From NCBI GenBank assembly GCA_937921555.1, contig CAKZUV010000055.1:1-61694 (forward strand): a DNA stretch of 61,694 bases, given 5' to 3'. Below are positions 58,763 to 61,694 of the stretch, piece after piece. The notes under the pieces were generated by a model. The model was not told the DNA's origin. It was given only the letters and a program-made list of their open reading frames with translations, and did not search any database. Positions within the stretch are counted from its first letter, which is position 1; each line of letters starts with the position of its first letter. Source of the DNA: an uncultured Saprospiraceae bacterium (GTDB taxonomy: Bacteria; Bacteroidota; Bacteroidia; Chitinophagales; Saprospiraceae). A program made the translations under genes and the position numbers.

Positions 58763-61327
58763 TCACATACTCTCCAAGAACCGTTCCAATTCTACTTCAT
58801 CGTACATTAAAACTTCCCGTGGCTTGCTGCCGTCCGCCGGACCAACGATCCCGAAAGACTCCAACTGGTCCATAATTCGGCCCGCCCGGTTGTAGCCCAG
58901 CTTTAATCTTCGTTGAATCATAGACGTGCTACCATGCTGATTCTGAACGACTAAGCGCGCCGCATCCGTAAATTTTGCATCAATATCGTTGACGCTGATT
59001 GACCCTTTTCCACCTTTGCCATCATCATCTCCGTGAAATTCTGGTAAAAAGAATGGTTCGGGGTAACCGGGCTGATCGGCGATAAAATCAATTACTTTTT
59101 CAACTTCCGGTGTGTCCACAAACGCACATTGCAGCCGGATCAGGTCACTACCAAAAGATAAAAGCATATCTCCGCGACCAATCAACTGATCGGCACCCCC
59201 GGCATCGAGGATCGTCCGTGAATCCACTTTGGACGTAACCCGGTAAGCGATCCGCGCGGGGAAATTGGCCTTGATCGTACCCGTAATAATGTTCACCGAA
59301 GGACGCTGCGTCGCAATGACCAGGTGAATTCCGACGGCCCGCGACAACTGTGCCAACCGGCTGATCGGCATCTCAATTTCTTTACCGGCCGTCATGATCA
59401 GATCCGCAAACTCATCAATGACCAACACAATGAATGGCATAAATTTATGTCCATTGTTGGGATTGAGACGGCGGCTGACAAACTTCTCGTTGTATTCCGT
59501 AATATTTCTGGATTTGGCTTTTTTCAACAAAGAATACCGCGTATCCATTTCTATTAACAAAGAATTCAGTGTATGTACTACTTTGGTGGTGTCGGTCACA
59601 ATCGGTTCGTCCAGTCCCGGCAGGTACGCCAGAAAGTGCGTGGCGATTTTACTGTACGGGAACAATTCCACCTTCTTGGGATCGATCATCACAAACTTAA
59701 TCTGCGATGGATGTTTTTTATAAAGTAAAGAAATCAGAATCACATTGATCCCGACCGACTTACCCTGACCGGTTGCACCCGCGATGAGCAGGTGCGGCAT
59801 TTTGGCCAGATCCGCCACGAAGACTTCGTTGGAAATCGTCTTACCAAAAGCAATCGGCAGATCCATTTTAGCCCGCTTGAACTTGTCAGAAATCAGGGTT
59901 TCTTTCAGGGAAACAACCTGCTTTGCTTTATTGGGAACCTCGATCCCGATCGTTCCTTTTCCGGGAATCGGAGCGATGATCCGAATACCGAGTGCGGCGA
60001 GACTCAGGGCGATATCGTCTTCCAGATTTTTGATTTTAGAAATACGAACGCCGGGGGCCGGAACGATTTCGTAAAGCGTAACAGTCGGTCCGATGGTCGC
60101 TTTAATTTTTATAATCTCAATCTTATAATTGAGTAAAGTCTCAATAATCTGGTCTTTGTTTTGTTCCAGTTCGGCGCGGTCAATTTCTACTTTCTGATCC
60201 GCGTAATCGTAGAGCAGGGCCAGTACCGGATGCTCGTAGGAGGACAATTCCAGCGTCGGATCGTACGGTTCACCGTGGTCATTTTCGTGTTGAATGACCA
60301 TGTCCGGTTTGTCGAATGGATTCTTGGCACCTACGTCGAGCGGGACGGGCGCTTCGACTTCCAGGCTGGTTTCTTCGGCAGTAGGTTCGGCAATTTCCAG
60401 TTCCGCATCTCCGGGCGTGAGCGAGTTGGCTTTTTTATTTTTAATCCGTTCGCGCAGTTCCAGGGCGAGTTGCTGGGGTGTTTTTTCGACCGGTTTTTCT
60501 GCTTCCGGGGCGGGAGAATCCTGATTGACTTCCAGTGAAAGACCATCTGATTTAGGTCCTCCGGTGGAAGCTCCCGTATTGAAGTTACGGTTAGAAACAT
60601 CCGACTTGGGACGTAAGCCAACGGTGGAAGACGGGTCGGGTAGTGCGGCCACGGGTGGACGTGCCTTGGCGCGTTTGAGCGCTTTTGGGTTGGTGATATT
60701 TGCTAAAAAATATTTTAAATCTGACCAGAAACCACCGGGTGTCAATTCCGAAAAATTCGGATTAAACGCCCAGACTACGCTGATCAGTACCATAAATAAA
60801 AGGAGGGTAATCGTTCCAATCGTCCCGATAAATGAAATCAGCCAGCTGCTGACGCCTTCCCCGAAAGCACCACCCCAGGGAAAGGAAGAATGCCGGAAAG
60901 TGAATTCAAATAAAACGGAAAGGAAGATCAGCAACAGAAAACTATACCAAAGCGTAAGCCGGTGTTGGGAAAGCGGTTCCTCTTTGATGAGGGCCAATCC
61001 AATCACGCTCATCATAAAAACCAGAATGTAGGAAGGCAGCCCAAATCCCCAGAAGAAAAAGATATTGGAAAAAATAGCACCGAGTCGTCCCAGCCAGTTG
61101 GACATTTCTACGTCGCTTTGTAATAATAAACCCCACGAAAATTGCAGGACCCGATCCTGGTCGGCTTCCCAGGTAAAGAGGTACGAACTAAAAGCGATAA
61201 AGAGGTAGAATGCAAAAAGCAAAAACAGAAACCCCAGGAGTTTGGGTACCCGGGCATCCAACCTGAATTTTTCAAAGTTGAACGATAATTGGCTTAAAAT
61301 GCCTTTGGATTTTTTTTTCGCCGCCAT
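58763..61327 (-). CDS. ftsK: DNA translocase FtsK
   Basis: N-terminal TM helices, Pro-rich linker, Walker A GATGQGKS, Walker B VIDEFADL, C-terminal gamma domain STSMIQRRLKLGYNRAGRIMDQLE. First ATG is at 61327 (listed start is TTG). Confidence 0.95.
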   Translation of the reverse strand: MAAKKKSKGILSQLSFNFEKFRLDARVPKLLGFLFLLFAFYLFIAFSSYLFTWEADQDRVLQFSWGLLLQSDVEMSNWLGRLGAIFSNIFFFWGFGLPSYILVFMMSVIGLALIKEEPLSQHRLTLWYSFLLLIFLSVLFEFTFRHSSFPWGGAFGEGVSSWLISFIGTIGTITLLLFMVLISVVWAFNPNFSELTPGGFWSDLKYFLANITNPKALKRAKARPPVAALPDPSSTVGLRPKSDVSNRNFNTGASTGGPKSDGLSLEVNQDSPAPEAEKPVEKTPQQLALELRERIKNKKANSLTPGDAELEIAEPTAEETSLEVEAPVPLDVGAKNPFDKPDMVIQHENDHGEPYDPTLELSSYEHPVLALLYDYADQKVEIDRAELEQNKDQIIETLLNYKIEIIKIKATIGPTVTLYEIVPAPGVRISKIKNLEDDIALSLAALGIRIIAPIPGKGTIGIEVPNKAKQVVSLKETLISDKFKRAKMDLPIAFGKTISNEVFVADLAKMPHLLIAGATGQGKSVGINVILISLLYKKHPSQIKFVMIDPKKVELFPYSKIATHFLAYLPGLDEPIVTDTTKVVHTLNSLLIEMDTRYSLLKKAKSRNITEYNEKFVSRRLNPNNGHKFMPFIVLVIDEFADLIMTAGKEIEMPISRLAQLSRAVGIHLVIATQRPSVNIITGTIKANFPARIAYRVTSKVDSRTILDAGGADQLIGRGDMLLSFGSDLIRLQCAFVDTPEVEKVIDFIADQPGYPEPFFLPEFHGDDDGKGGKGSISVNDIDAKFTDAARLVVQNQHGSTSMIQRRLKLGYNRAGRIMDQLESFGIVGPADGSKPREVLMYDEVELERFLESM

Positions 61328-61694
61328 GAGCAATTATATTTTCGAATCATCCGGAAGAAACCGAGGAATAATAGATATAAGTTTTTGGCTTAACCTATTC
61401 GTACCCGATTTCTCAACATATCGAGCGTACACGATGGGCATCGGTACGCGTGAGCAGCAGTTCAACTGCAAGCTTTGATAGAGGTCGTCAAATTCAGTGT
61501 TTCATAAAATAACAGCGGAAATCTCTCATGGAAGTGATGGAGGGGAAGTCCAAATGATTGGTTTTCAAGTTGGTTTTCCTGCCTTTATACACTTCTGCTG
61601 ATCCAGATACAAAAGGATCTGTGTAGTTTTCTCAACGGTTACCCTACAAATTTAGGGATATTTCGGGGCATTTACAATGATTTTGGGAAAAGGA

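Overview
Chromosomal segment that reads as a Bacteroidota genome. The evidence is six proteins with T9SS C-terminal sorting domains, a SprB-repeat adhesin with a gliding-type C-terminal domain, TAnnTTTG -7 boxes, and bamD-rpoZ-coaBC-DUF4835 and efp-accB-accC synteny. About 55 protein genes are supported. Most are housekeeping (dprA, lipA, upp, hutI, fabH, efp, accBC, purN, coaBC, rpoZ, bamD, hemB, yidD, lolA, ftsK) or envelope and secreted proteins. By eye I found no rRNA, tRNA, CRISPR array, transposase or integrase. Main findings: (1) An AT-rich three-gene cassette at 52807-54124 reads as HEPN-like toxin / unrecognised acidic protein / SecB-like chaperone. This is the architecture of a tripartite toxin-antitoxin-chaperone (TAC) system, with a toxin-antitoxin pair I do not know to be described. 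It sits in a break of the usual ftsK-lolA adjacency. (2) A (TTCT)x10 tetranucleotide tract lies in the signal-peptide coding region of a 1041-aa T9SS beta-helix protein and leaves the gene one unit out of frame, a classic slipped-strand phase-variation switch in the OFF state. (3) A Ras/Rab-like small GTPase sits in an operon with a Roadblock-like protein and a coiled-coil protein. (4) A 16-nt word, TTTAAACAWGYTCTWA, recurs seven times, always between genes. (5) A complex 0.6-kb tandem repeat array with a conserved hairpin lies between ftsK and a TPR histidine kinase. (6) A DUF433 antitoxin-like gene is followed by the decayed remnant of its DUF5615-type partner. All family assignments come from motif recognition by eye. 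No database search was run.
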